Source of the DNA: Laetmonice hystrix
Taxonomy: Eukaryota
Direction of reading: 5' to 3'
Length of the DNA stretch: 64,000 nucleotides
Assembly: GCA_965235115.1 (NCBI GenBank)
Contig: OZ249439.1
Location: 14,942,001-15,006,000 of the forward strand
Below are positions 37,601 to 47,842 of this stretch, piece after piece. Numbering within the stretch: position 1 is the first letter of the stretch; each line of letters begins with the position of its first letter. A model generated the notes under the pieces. The model was not told the origin of the DNA. It made no database searches and saw only the letters and a program-made list of their open reading frames with translations. Position numbers and translations under genes: made by a program.

Positions 37601-39832
37601 CCCCCCCCCCCCCCCATTGTGGACCCCTGAATCTTACGTGACGCCAAGAACTCGATCATTTTCTTGCTGATTGACGATTTTGACAAGGTCCCCGCCCGCC
37701 TCCTGGCATTCCCTTCTGGCGTCATGCAGCGGCCTTATGTAGGATGATAAACTCAGACACATCTCCTCTCGACTTGTGACTGTCAGAGTAATCATACATG
37801 GTATCACTGATACTTTCACTGAAATATACCAGTTGATGATCACTAGACTTTCACTATACAAGGATGGCTGCCAGAAAAGTCTCCACTTACTCGTACATGG
37901 GATCATTTTGATAACTTACTCGTACGTAGGATCATTTTGATAACTTACTCGTACATGGGGTCATCTTGATAAGGCCAGCACATTCGCACGGAAAGGTCTT
38001 CTGGACTTCGCCGTCCACAAAGGCAAACCCACTATTACACGTGAAGGTCAGGGAGTCCCCTGGGCTGCTGACTTGTCCATCACTGAAGATGAACGGCTCC
38101 TGGGGACAGGACCCTTCTGCGGATGGTAAACAAAAGAAATACACTTTCTACCATAAAAGCCTGGATCAACCCCCGAGTGTCAGGCTAACTCTGACGTTCA
38201 AAAATTAGGGTGATGACGGCCGCACCCCGAAACAAGTGGCCCATGTTATTAAATACAATATGTGTATCAAGATACTTACTGAAACTGCAAAATAACTATG
38301 TTATTTGCAATCAATTCACCTGCTGGTATTTCACAGGTGAAGTGAAGTTGTGTATTACAATGAATATCCTGCCAGAAGCCGGTCTGAGTGCGGGCGAGGC
38401 AGAGGTTGGCCGTGTCTCCGGCCACGTAGTCGGGGGCCCAGTTTATCCACGTGACAACCGTCCTGTCTGACCACCTCCACGTCCCGTCATACCGGCCGTC
38501 TATCCACACATAATCTGCCGCCCTGTCAATGTACGTAACTTACACTAAGTAACCCTCCCGACCTGTCAATAATATACTTAACTTACACTAAGTAACCCTC
38601 CCGTCCTGTCAATAATGTACGTAACTTACACTAAGTAACCCTCCCGTCCTGTCAATAATGTACGTAACTTACACTAAGTAATCCTTCCAGTCCTGTCAAT
38701 AATGTACATAACTTACACTAAGTAACCCTAACGACCTGTCAATAATGTACGTAACTTACACTAAGTAACCCTTCCAACCTGTCAATAATATACTTAACTT
38801 ACACTAAGTAATCCTTCCGTCCTGTCAATAATGTACGTAACTTACACTAAGTAACCCTTCTGTCCTGTCAATAATGTACGTAACTTACACTAAGTAACCC
38901 TTCTGTCCTGTCAATAATGTACATAACTTACACTAAGTAACCCTAACGACCTGTCAATAATGTACGTAACTTACACTAAGTAACCCTCCCGACCTGTCAA
39001 TAATATACGTAACTTACACTAAGTAACCCTCCCGACCTGTCAATAATATACGTAACTTACACTAAGTAACCCTTCTGTCCTGTCAATAATGTACGTAACT
39101 TACACTAAGTAACCCTTCTGTCCTGTCAATAATGTACGTAACTTACACTAAGTAACCCTTCTGTCCTGTCAATAATGTACATAACTTACACTAAGTAACC
39201 CTCCCGTCCTGTCAATAATGTACGTAACTTACACTAAGTAACCCTTCTGTCCTGTCAATAATGTACGTAACTTACACAAGGTAACCCTGGCTGATCAAGT
39301 CACCATCCCAATAAATTCAGTTGGAAGAAAACTATCACTATTACACCCGAACTTGACCTTTTCCCCCTACCCCCTGGCTACCAGAATACCTAGGCCTATC
39401 CATGCCGCTAACCCCAATCCTTGAGGCCAGTTCCATGTCGAGTTTACCATGCTAGACCCCATCAGGTATCATAACGTAAGCCAATCCTTTATTTCGGTAC
39501 TATATAAGGAAGTATAACCCCTGTTCGGTCATGTTGTTTTCCTCGGCGTTCTGTATCCGTGCCAGTGAGGCCCCAGTTTGAGAACAGAAGTGGATCGCTC
39601 CCTCATGGCTGGTCCGAACAGTCGAAACCAGTCGACATACATCACGGGCTCCACCTACAAGGTCGTACAGAAAAATGTTCTGTTTCGTACTTATAGCCAG
39701 CACTTGACGGGTGGCTGAACTTTTATAATTATGAAGCATTCTTTTCTGGGAGAATAAAGAATTATCCGTGGATGAAGATTTCCGAAACTCACTTAGTGTT
39801 AACAATACAGAGACGGTCAACAGAAGCAGCAT
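25675..39832 (-). CDS. Secreted multidomain protein: signal peptide-(C-type lectin-like + short sushi-like)x6-(sushi/CCP)x8-Cys-rich terminal domain; 27 coding exons, 1782 aa
   Basis: Exons in minus-strand order: 39832-39519, 38522-38320, 38116-37949, 37779-37638, 37494-37286, 36994-36827, 36477-36336, 35947-35718, 35240-35073, 34896-34752, 34490-34294, 34044-33874, 33264-33123, 32620-32409, 32153-31986, 31650-31506, 31328-31123, 30847-30668, 30424-30251, 29048-28833, 28708-28508, 28183-28010, 27773-27561, 27422-27222, 27078-26875, 26444-26238, 26123-25675. All introns are GT-AG with consistent phases (total 5349 nt, no internal stop). CTL motifs (W.D.G.W.W.D, W.NW, CE) and CCP motifs (C..PP, TYTC..GY, W...C) are present. 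The exon 1 donor (GTTATA) is weak and is the least certain junction. Several exons are missing from the ORF track. Confidence 0.88.
29127..30124. mobile_element. Foldback-like non-autonomous element with ~120-bp GC-rich modular TIRs, in an intron of the lectin/sushi gene
   Basis: Left arm AGGCGCTTTCCCCGCCGGCGTTTTCCCC...ACCAAGTTCCCCGCCGGCGTATTCCCCCGGGCTT is the reverse complement of 30004-30124. Each arm is built from GGCGTTTTCCCC submodules. I found no convincing TSD. Confidence 0.8.
33377..33627. mobile_element. 251-bp MITE with TA target duplication (Tc1/mariner-type)
   Basis: Perfect 26-bp TIR TACTGCCGTGAAATGACAAAAGGAAG at 33377-33402 and 33602-33627, with TA on both flanks (33375-76, 33628-29). 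Confidence 0.85.
35553..35567 (-). promoter_or_regulatory. CTCF-like motif CCACCAGATGGCGTC
   Basis: Close match to the bilaterian CTCF core consensus, located in an intron. This is a motif match only. Confidence 0.4.
37886..37972 (-). repeat. Triplicated 29-bp unit, each copy carrying a GTAAGT splice donor (end of exon 3)
   Basis: On the minus strand ...TGTACGA|GTAAGT repeats with 29-bp period; GT at 37948, 37919 and 37890. Confidence 0.85.
38523..39287. repeat. Intronic minisatellite, 43-bp unit, ~18 copies, abutting the exon 2 acceptor
   Basis: Unit ACTTACACTAAGTAACCCTCCCGTCCTGTCAATAATGTACGTA with period 43 (38581, 38624, 38667...). The last unit supplies the real acceptor TTGACAG. Confidence 0.95.
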
Positions 39833-41075
39833 CTCTTGTCTCTTGTGGCGCCCTCTATCTGTAAAACAAGAAAGGATCTGAAACAATAGTATTTTCATTA
39901 CTCTTCGCTTTAAAAAAAGTGTTATCCCAACCTACAGTAATGTCCTCGTGCAAAACTGGGATACAATATAGGCTCGTTATTTAAATGATCTGAATTGGCA
40001 CGAACCCAATGCAGAACTAGACACGTTGTGGTGATACCACAATGGATCCCATCCCCAGGGTGTCTCATGTCTGTCATGTTCTGACTTCACTATGTATATG
40101 GCTTCCTATTCATGTTCAATACTAACTAGGGTTCTATGTTGCACACTTTGCTACTTAAAAGTCTTAGAATATGCTTATGACGTCATACGTCGCTCAACAT
40201 AATAAATAATGCTTCCAATTGAAACAGCATGCATGACTTCCTATTCGTGTGAAATTACTGAGAAAACGTATGTTAACAATTGCTGCAAACAATTTCAAGA
40301 TCCAACCCCCCTTGATGGGGGATGGGATAATAGGCCTAACCTTACTAGTAGAGTCATTTAACAACAGAAATTGAGAGAGGAAAGTAGGCGATGGACGAAG
40401 TGAGAAAGGGTCGGTTTGTTACGCTCCATCCATCGTGCCTGCCGAACTCTTCGGCCATGATGGAACTGCCCACATCTAGGCTGACGACTTGTATCTTATA
40501 ACTTAGCAGAGCATAGGCTAGAGATACAGATATTCAAATATGTGTCCATGATAGCAAACGAGACATAGCTCATGGGCCCGTCAGGTCATTACTCAACCTT
40601 AGATCTACCAACGCCAGTCTCTGGTTCTTCATCCTGATGTGAATGCTAACATAAAACTGATAAAGTTTCAGATATAGTGTCAATGCAATACATTTAAGAC
40701 ATAATGACTTGTCCAGTGTAAGACCAATAGGAGCGTGTTCTGGTACTTGATACAAAAGTTTAGGCTATACCTGTTTTTGTGACGAATGTTCCAATGGACG
40801 CAGTCACGTCTTCGTGCAAGAAGAGATATCTCCACACAGTCCCCAACTGTATACATCATTGAGAAATATCGACGTTTGTCTTTCGTATGGAAGGGTAAAC
40901 TGCTTTAAATATGTAGGAACCACCGAAAAAGTCTGTCTAGTTACGTCTGGATTACAATAGGCTCCTCCTGCATCATACATGTCGTTGTATGCAGACAACT
41001 GTAGTTTTAGTTGATAGCAAGGTTGCCAAGGATTTTGTTTAAAGGTCAGATCAGGCTATACACTGGCTAGGTAGA

Positions 41076-41637
41076 GGCCCAGGACTGATTTTGTACTACA
41101 GTAGAAAACGCCTAGTCGGGGACGCCCAAAAGTCGGAAAATCGCACATCTCGGATGACTTCAAGACGTCCCGATTTTATGTAATGTTAAAAAATGTTATG
41201 TCTATTATAAAATAATAAAGTTGGACACTACAAGTCGGATCTCGGATGAAATGTCATGGTCCCGTTTAATACATTTCCAATAAAATTTCACTGCGTATGT
41301 CGGACGTGTTGTTATTCACCCCCCCCCCCCCCTCCCCGCTCCGCCGCACTTCGCTTAATTCTAGCCTAATTCTCTTCGCCACCGTCAGATGTCGTGTTTG
41401 GTTGGTATCGAGGAAGTTTGCCGTTGTTTCTCGGAATCTTTGCTGGGTTGCTTTGCTCCTGTTCAGGAAAACATGCCATAGGAGACGACCCTTTGGAGGA
41501 TCAAAACAGGTCCAGAAGTCGGATTTCTCTCCGACTTACGTATAATTCGGATTTTATCCGACTTGCACACAACTCCGATTTTTTCCAACTGATACATAAA
41601 TCGGATATCTTGTAAGTCGGATAAAAATCTCTGGGCC
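41076..41637. mobile_element. Possible MITE with imperfect GGCCCAG... termini and internal AAGTCGGA motifs
   Basis: Left GGCCCAGGACTGATTTT versus right reverse complement GGCCCAGAGATTTTT. At least six AAGTCGGA/TCCGACTT motifs occur in both orientations. Confidence 0.4.
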
Positions 41638-42373
41638 ACTTGAATCCAACGTTTTCTACTTTAATAATAATAATAATTTTTCATTTTAATGAAGTTAGTG
41701 GCATTGCATCATAACCAGGCTGAAGCCAGGACGGGCGTATGTGTTTGGGCGGGTACCTTTAAGAACATTATTATTTACTGATAAGTGCACAATAGGCCTT
41801 TGTGGTGTTCAACACGATAAAAACACATGTCAACACCAGTCCTAATACAATTCATGTACAGTGTATATGGCAACTAATGTATGTGCACAGGTGTGTCCTC
41901 AAGATTCCTTTCTGATAATTAAAATTCATCGGTGTTTTACTGGGATGGTTGCCCAGTGATTTTATTCATGGTAATTACGAATAACATTATTTGGAAGTAC
42001 AACTGAGGGGGTTATAATATAATTTAGATTGCGGAGACACTTTCAATACACATCAGTTTCTTATGAGAGTTACTTTCCTGGCTTTCTATATATAAAATAT
42101 ATTATATATAAATCAGTTGAAAAGTAAGATTTATTGTATATTTCGATGATAATAGGATAATCAACTAGGTTTGACCTGTAATGTTTTCTCGGGACTGGCA
42201 GTGTTTTAAGCCACATGACCGGTGCACAATAGACCTATGCGGTGTTCAACACGATAAAAACACATGTCATCACCTAATACACAAGTGATATATACCGACA
42301 CATACCTACCCATCCCTGGGCATGTATTGTGTACGTTATGTGTCCTCAACATTTCTCGGTGAGAATTACAGTT

Positions 42374-43426
42374 TTACTTGTCTTCCTTAGTCAAGTTACC
42401 AGGTGAATTGTTGACATTTCCTATGCCAGGCTGGCTGTCTGTGGCTTCCACCCGGAAGTAATGTGTCAATCCTTGACTCCAGTTTCTGTATTTCTGTATA
42501 GGGTTTCTCACTCGGCGGTGGATGGCCGGTTTTGTCGCTGCTATCTCGTTGTCGCCATCCAAGTTGTCCAGGAAGTCAATTGCATCCTGGAACTTCCGGC
42601 TGACTCTCATTTGCTTGCTGATATCACAGCGTGTATTAGCACTCGTTTGCTCCTCTCCCTCAATCAATTCATCCAAATGTTTGTGTTTCTTGTCTTTCAT
42701 CACCACGCGGCCGGTGTTGGGCGTGCGAGCCCGGAGAGATTCGATTGCTGACTCCGGGTGTTTGTCAGTAAGGTTCTCCACCAGTCGATCCTCGTAACCC
42801 TTCATCATGGCGTACTGAGCTTCCGGAGACAATGTGGCACAGAACCGTGGTGAATCGGTCACAATCTCGCTGTCATCATCCGAGTCATCGTCAACGTATT
42901 CTCCCTCGGCGTGGTTCGCGCAATACCAAATCCGGCCCAAGGCGACATTTTCGCCTTTTTTACCTTCTTTCTCTTCTCTTTCTGGTTGCTTCTGCTGGCG
43001 AGCGGACTGTTTTACAGTCTGCGTTACCCGCTTGAGGTTTGCCATGTAGAGTTTCCTAAACATGGTCATTCCAATTACTGAGGGTAACGGGGGCAGTCTG
43101 GACCTAAACTTTGAATCGACCCCATTGGTGAGCACAGCACAGACGGGGCGTCGCGGTGACCTTGGAGAGGTCAGGTTGGAAGGACGAGGGCCATCCGATC
43201 GTGACGCCATGTAGGTGGGCGGAGGAGCAAAGGTGACACGCTTCTGATGGGTTCTGCCTCTGGTCGACCGACCTGCCTTACCACCGGGTTCTGCATTCAA
43301 ATGAGGTGGAGATGAACTATCGGCAGAAATATTGCTGCTACATGCAACAAGCGTCTTCTGTGCCACCACCTCAGACCAAACCTGCAATGTATCGCTCTCA
43401 AACTTTCCTCGTAATCTTTTATCCAT
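42374..43426 (-). CDS. Intronless uncharacterised protein, family member P1 (350 aa)
   Basis: First ATG is at 43426 (the ORF track starts on an upstream TTG). It shares ordered motifs with 46787-47842 and 49208-50293: F...TLQVWSEV, RLPPLPSVIGMTMFRKLY, LSPEAQYAMMKGYEDRL, RTP, FQDAIDFLDNL, NPIQKYRNW. Confidence 0.85.
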   Translation of the reverse strand: MDKRLRGKFESDTLQVWSEVVAQKTLVACSSNISADSSSPPHLNAEPGGKAGRSTRGRTHQKRVTFAPPPTYMASRSDGPRPSNLTSPRSPRRPVCAVLTNGVDSKFRSRLPPLPSVIGMTMFRKLYMANLKRVTQTVKQSARQQKQPEREEKEGKKGENVALGRIWYCANHAEGEYVDDDSDDDSEIVTDSPRFCATLSPEAQYAMMKGYEDRLVENLTDKHPESAIESLRARTPNTGRVVMKDKKHKHLDELIEGEEQTSANTRCDISKQMRVSRKFQDAIDFLDNLDGDNEIAATKPAIHRRVRNPIQKYRNWSQGLTHYFRVEATDSQPGIGNVNNSPGNLTKEDK

Positions 43427-44912
43427 GGTCGCTAGATCTATGGCCGTCCTACTTGACTTCAAGTGTAGGACAATTGGCAGTATAATTTTGTTTCCTTGAA
43501 TCCGTTGTTCTGTGGCATCATTTACTAAATCACACTCAAGGTCATGGTACGGTGAGACCTTTTATTGGCATTTGTCAGTTTTGTATTCTTGGTGAATCCT
43601 ATGTGTTCGCCCGCGTGGTAACTATGCACACTTTGAATAGAAGAAGCGGGCGAGAGAAGGATGTCACAGGTTGCCCTGTGGTTGTATCCGGGCCAGTGCA
43701 TCCAGGCGATGGAGGTGTGTCGTTGCTGTTGATCAGATTGTGTTCAGACGAATACTAAGTTCTTATTTTGCACTAGCTTACTCCCATGTACAATAACCAG
43801 AACCAATATAAACTTATGACCCGTATTGCCCGTTGAAAACTCCAGGAGACATTCATCTGTTGGGATCAACCAATAAGCTGATCCGATAGTTTCTGCTGTG
43901 CCACCGGTCTTGTTGATCAAAAATTATTGTGATGTTGGAGGCCTACTTTACAACATGTGGCGTGGGATCTTAGCCAAATCTTAGGCTACACCATGCAGAT
44001 TAACTTGGTGATATTAAACATTGTAAGGCTTTCAACAAACATTGACCTCAGTGGGGTATTGGCTGGATCTGGCTGGTTGTCCGATTTAATATAACCCTTA
44101 GTAACACAAAATAACTGGCGTATACAACGAGAGAATAAGTCTGATACATAAATTTGTTGTATCCGCAGCTATCTTATTTGTCACAAGCACACACCATTGT
44201 AGCATGGTTTAGACCAAGGTTCAGATACACGCCTGGAATGACCAATATGTATGCAAGGTCGGGGTCCTTTAACTATTGGATAGAATTCGTATACAGAGCA
44301 AGGCAAGGGTAAAAGTAATCCAAAATGACGGCAAAATATTGAAGTATACATGTATATTGAGTACCTCAACTTGCTCATCTTTTAAGGCTTTGAAGTGAGC
44401 CGGATGTAAGTGTATTCCCAGATCAGAGGGTGATGCGGCCCTGTATTGAGCGCTAGTTTCAGTAAGTAATAACTAGCGCCATCTGTTAAGCGTGTACATT
44501 GACGTTTTATTTTTATTTAGTTCCATTAGAAGGCGCTCGGGGCTCTCTCAACGAAGCCTTTGCTCCCAGCGATCTCAAGGTGTAACAGCTAGTGGTAGAC
44601 TTTCCCATTAGATACAATTTGTATGGTAGACACAGCTGGGTAGATTCCAAGTATAATATCCTTCTACAAGTCAACAAGTATATGACAGGTAATTTATTAT
44701 GACAATATCAATATTGAAGTATGTTGATTCCCGGGATACTGCCTCAATAGATGGCGCCAGTATCCCCCATGCCCATGCTGTCCACCAGCTGAAAGGTTAT
44801 TGATATTGTGTAAAGGTGTAATATGTACTGTTGTTGCATTCAGTTGAGGGTAATAGAATGTGTTCCCTTGGCAGCATAGCTATGACCGTGAAGTCCGGTC
44901 CCGTAGCCACTG

Positions 44913-45836
44913 TCAGCTCTTCTCATTCAGTGAGATATTGGATACTAGTCCAGCAAGCAGGGGGAAGGACATGTTCAGACCTCTGGTGACCGCCTCATTA
45001 GAACCGTTGGAAGATTTATCGTCATGTTCGTTTGGGCTTGTCATCTTCGCCTCTTTTCGCGCTTCCCACATCTTCATTCCAAAATCAACGTTCTTCAGAC
45101 GGTAATCTCTCAGGTTGCTACTGTCCTCTTGAAGCAGAGGATGCCTATTTGATGGAACATCGACAAAAGGTCTTACCGAGGGCTGTTCTTTCTCCGCCAT
45201 CACGGCCTCGCTAGCCTTGGGCACGTTATGAAGAGGTCCAAGTATTCTGTGCAGGCCACAAACAGCCGGTGGTCCTGGGGTGTGACCCGCAGGCAATTGG
45301 ACGTTGTTTCCTGTGGTGTGACCCGCAGGCAATTGGACGTGGTTTCCTGTGGTGTGATCCGCAGACAATTGGACGTTGTTTCCTGTGGTGTGACCCGCAG
45401 GCAATTGGACGTTGTTTCCTGTGGTGTGACCCGCAGGCAATTGGACGTTGTTTTCAACACCGCCTGTCGATTTTGGCGGCGTCTCTGCCCTCGTATCTGT
45501 AGCCTCTCCTGAACTTTCTTCCCTGACAGAAGATTCGAGATCTGTTTGAAAGGTCTGACGCTTGACATTCCCCTTGTGTCGGAGTTTCCTGGCCTTACGT
45601 TTGGGCCGATATTCCAGGCTCTCTAGAATTCCGAATCGGCGAATACTATCGGATGTGATCGGTGTCTCGCGTAACTTCCGGCCAGGAGCGTTCCTGGACA
45701 TGTCTAAACGAAACTCGGTCTGCGATATTAATGTTTTGTCTGAAGTACACAGACCGACTCCAGGTGGCACTTCCACTAAGTACCTTAAATCTTTCCGAAC
45801 CGTTACGTCACTGTGGAATATCCCAACTTCAGTCAT
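44913..45836 (-). CDS. Intronless uncharacterised protein (307 aa) with five in-frame 12-aa repeats
   Basis: ATG-to-stop ORF with natural composition. NNVQLPAGHTTG occurs x5 in frame. No recognisable domain and not alignable by eye to P1-P3. Confidence 0.65.
   Translation of the reverse strand: MTEVGIFHSDVTVRKDLRYLVEVPPGVGLCTSDKTLISQTEFRLDMSRNAPGRKLRETPITSDSIRRFGILESLEYRPKRKARKLRHKGNVKRQTFQTDLESSVREESSGEATDTRAETPPKSTGGVENNVQLPAGHTTGNNVQLPAGHTTGNNVQLSADHTTGNHVQLPAGHTTGNNVQLPAGHTPGPPAVCGLHRILGPLHNVPKASEAVMAEKEQPSVRPFVDVPSNRHPLLQEDSSNLRDYRLKNVDFGMKMWEARKEAKMTSPNEHDDKSSNGSNEAVTRGLNMSFPLLAGLVSNISLNEKS
45273..45452 (-). repeat. 36-bp coding tandem repeat x5
   Basis: Period 36 (e.g. TGTGACCC at 45281 and 45317); frame-preserving within ORF 44913-45836. 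Confidence 0.9.
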
Positions 45837-46786
45837 GGTATTCTGTGATCCCCAATACTAATCAACTGCAGGGTGGGTCTGCATCACCTGTAAATTGCCA
45901 AGTTCGTTCACAGTGCAAGTACTTCTGCCAAGAACATCTTTATCACAAATCAAAAAGATGCGTGTTGAGACGATTTGTTTTATACATGCTTCGAAAGCGT
46001 TAATCCTTACCAGTCTTAATCCGAAATAAACAGGCTTAACGGGAATTAGGAAGGTCCGTATCCTGGCGCCAAGTAGACTACTTTAAACGGGTGCTAATGA
46101 CTCCACAGATTTAATTTCCAATCAGAAGTCGGATTAGTGACGCTTTCTCTCTTACACATCAGACCGGGACAAGACGCTTCATAACACGCTGATCGAGTAT
46201 AGTTACCCTCCATGGGGTTGTCGCCACAAAATATTAACTAGTTACTAATTAATAAAAATTGTTAAGAGCAAGGAGCATACGACTACTATTCATTTACCAA
46301 TTCTGGATGTTCTTTATTATAAAAATCACAAATCAAACCTATGGGCACATAAGTATGCAAGTATCTCAAGTCGACGCTCTTACGCGTCTGCCCTATCCAA
46401 GGCGGCTGCGGCTTTTCTTATCTCTTGCAATCTTCCGCGAATTAAAAATTAATCAATAGAAAATAAAGTATAGAGATAAAATCGAATTTGCTTCAGTAGG
46501 AAACATATAAACACTCTGCTTAACTTATCAAAGTCCATGCACGTCACATTATCTTGTTTGTTGTAGAAAAAACTATAGAAACGCCGCCAAAATATGTCCA
46601 ACTCCTATCTATAGATTGACGCCTCTTACATCCACCCATGATGTATGTTAAAAGTGCACGGTCACTATCCTAGTAAGACAAACGATATTCCGGATATAAT
46701 GAGGATGCCCCCATACCTTGTAAACTACACTTATCATCACGCATGGTGTATCTCGAGTAACCCTCCATGTGGTCAGTTGGTCCCCC

Positions 46787-47842
46787 TCAGAACCTGTTGG
46801 TGTTCAGGTCAGAAAGGTTGGCCGTATCGAAGTCACTCATCCATTCGTTACACCAGCGTTTGAATTTTAAGATTGGGTTGTCGTGTTTCTTGACCCGGTA
46901 GCCGTGCTGGTCCCGGCGCAGGTCTGGAGGGGCTTCTTGTTCAGGATGTTCCCGGAGACTGTCCAGGAAGTCGATGGCCGCCTTGAAGTTTCCACTAATC
47001 TTGGCCCGCACAGATTGGTGGCCGACACAGGGGTTGAGTGACACCCGCCGGTTTCTGGGAGTACGCGGGCGGAGAGTGTGCAGGCCGGACCGGGGATGTA
47101 TTTGGCTCAGCTGCTGGATCAACATATCCTCGTAACCCATCAACATAGCGTACTGCGCCTCGGGGGACAGTCTCGCTGTGGGTCGCTGAAGCAACGATTT
47201 CTCGTCTTTTCGGTCAGCAGGTTCCTTTTTCTTTTCTCCTTGTTGCTTTTCTTCTTCTTGCATCATTTCTGACATTCGCTGAAAGAGGACAAGTCCGACG
47301 AGAGACGCTAACTGAGAACTAAAATCGCACTCGGTGTCGTCATTCAGAATGTCGTCACTCAATGTTTCAATTGTGTTATCAAAATTGCCTTCTGCTGGGG
47401 CTGAGGGGTCCAGCTTGGCCTTGGCTCGGGCAAGCGCCCTTCTCCGGGAAACCTCAGCCCAGACTTTCATAGCCACGTCCCTGAATGCCCGTCTCTTGAC
47501 TTTAACAGGGACCGAGTGCTGGTTTGCCGAGTCGAACCGAGGCTTCCAACCGTTGGTCATAAATGTTACCCCCTTGCCTGTGCGGGACGGAGGGTTCCAC
47601 TTCCTACTACTGTCACCCTCGGCTGTGGGGGTTGACCTGCCACCGGGTGTGTACGTCAGCCGCCGGGTGGGTGTGCAAGCCGAGCGGACCGTTGTCACGG
47701 CCATTGTCGACCGACGACGGCCCTCATGGGGGAACAACTGCCCGGTCCGAGAGACTAGTTTAGGCAGACGTACTCCCGCTGGTCCGACCGATTCTACACC
47801 TACTCTACCAGCAACATTGTGGGGTTTCAGTACAGACAACAT
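46787..47842 (-). CDS. Intronless uncharacterised protein, family member P2 (351 aa)
   Basis: ATG-to-stop ORF with motifs AFRDVAMKVWAEV, LASLVGLVLFQRM, LSPEAQYAMLMGYEDML, RTP, FKAAIDFLDSL, NPILKFKRWCNEW. Confidence 0.87.
   Translation of the reverse strand: MLSVLKPHNVAGRVGVESVGPAGVRLPKLVSRTGQLFPHEGRRRSTMAVTTVRSACTPTRRLTYTPGGRSTPTAEGDSSRKWNPPSRTGKGVTFMTNGWKPRFDSANQHSVPVKVKRRAFRDVAMKVWAEVSRRRALARAKAKLDPSAPAEGNFDNTIETLSDDILNDDTECDFSSQLASLVGLVLFQRMSEMMQEEEKQQGEKKKEPADRKDEKSLLQRPTARLSPEAQYAMLMGYEDMLIQQLSQIHPRSGLHTLRPRTPRNRRVSLNPCVGHQSVRAKISGNFKAAIDFLDSLREHPEQEAPPDLRRDQHGYRVKKHDNPILKFKRWCNEWMSDFDTANLSDLNTNRF

Noticed and set aside
38523-39287. CRISPR-like appearance (constant 43-bp unit with a small variable patch)
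   Set aside because: Units are contiguous with only a few variable bases, there are no unique spacers or cas genes, and the context is a eukaryotic intron.
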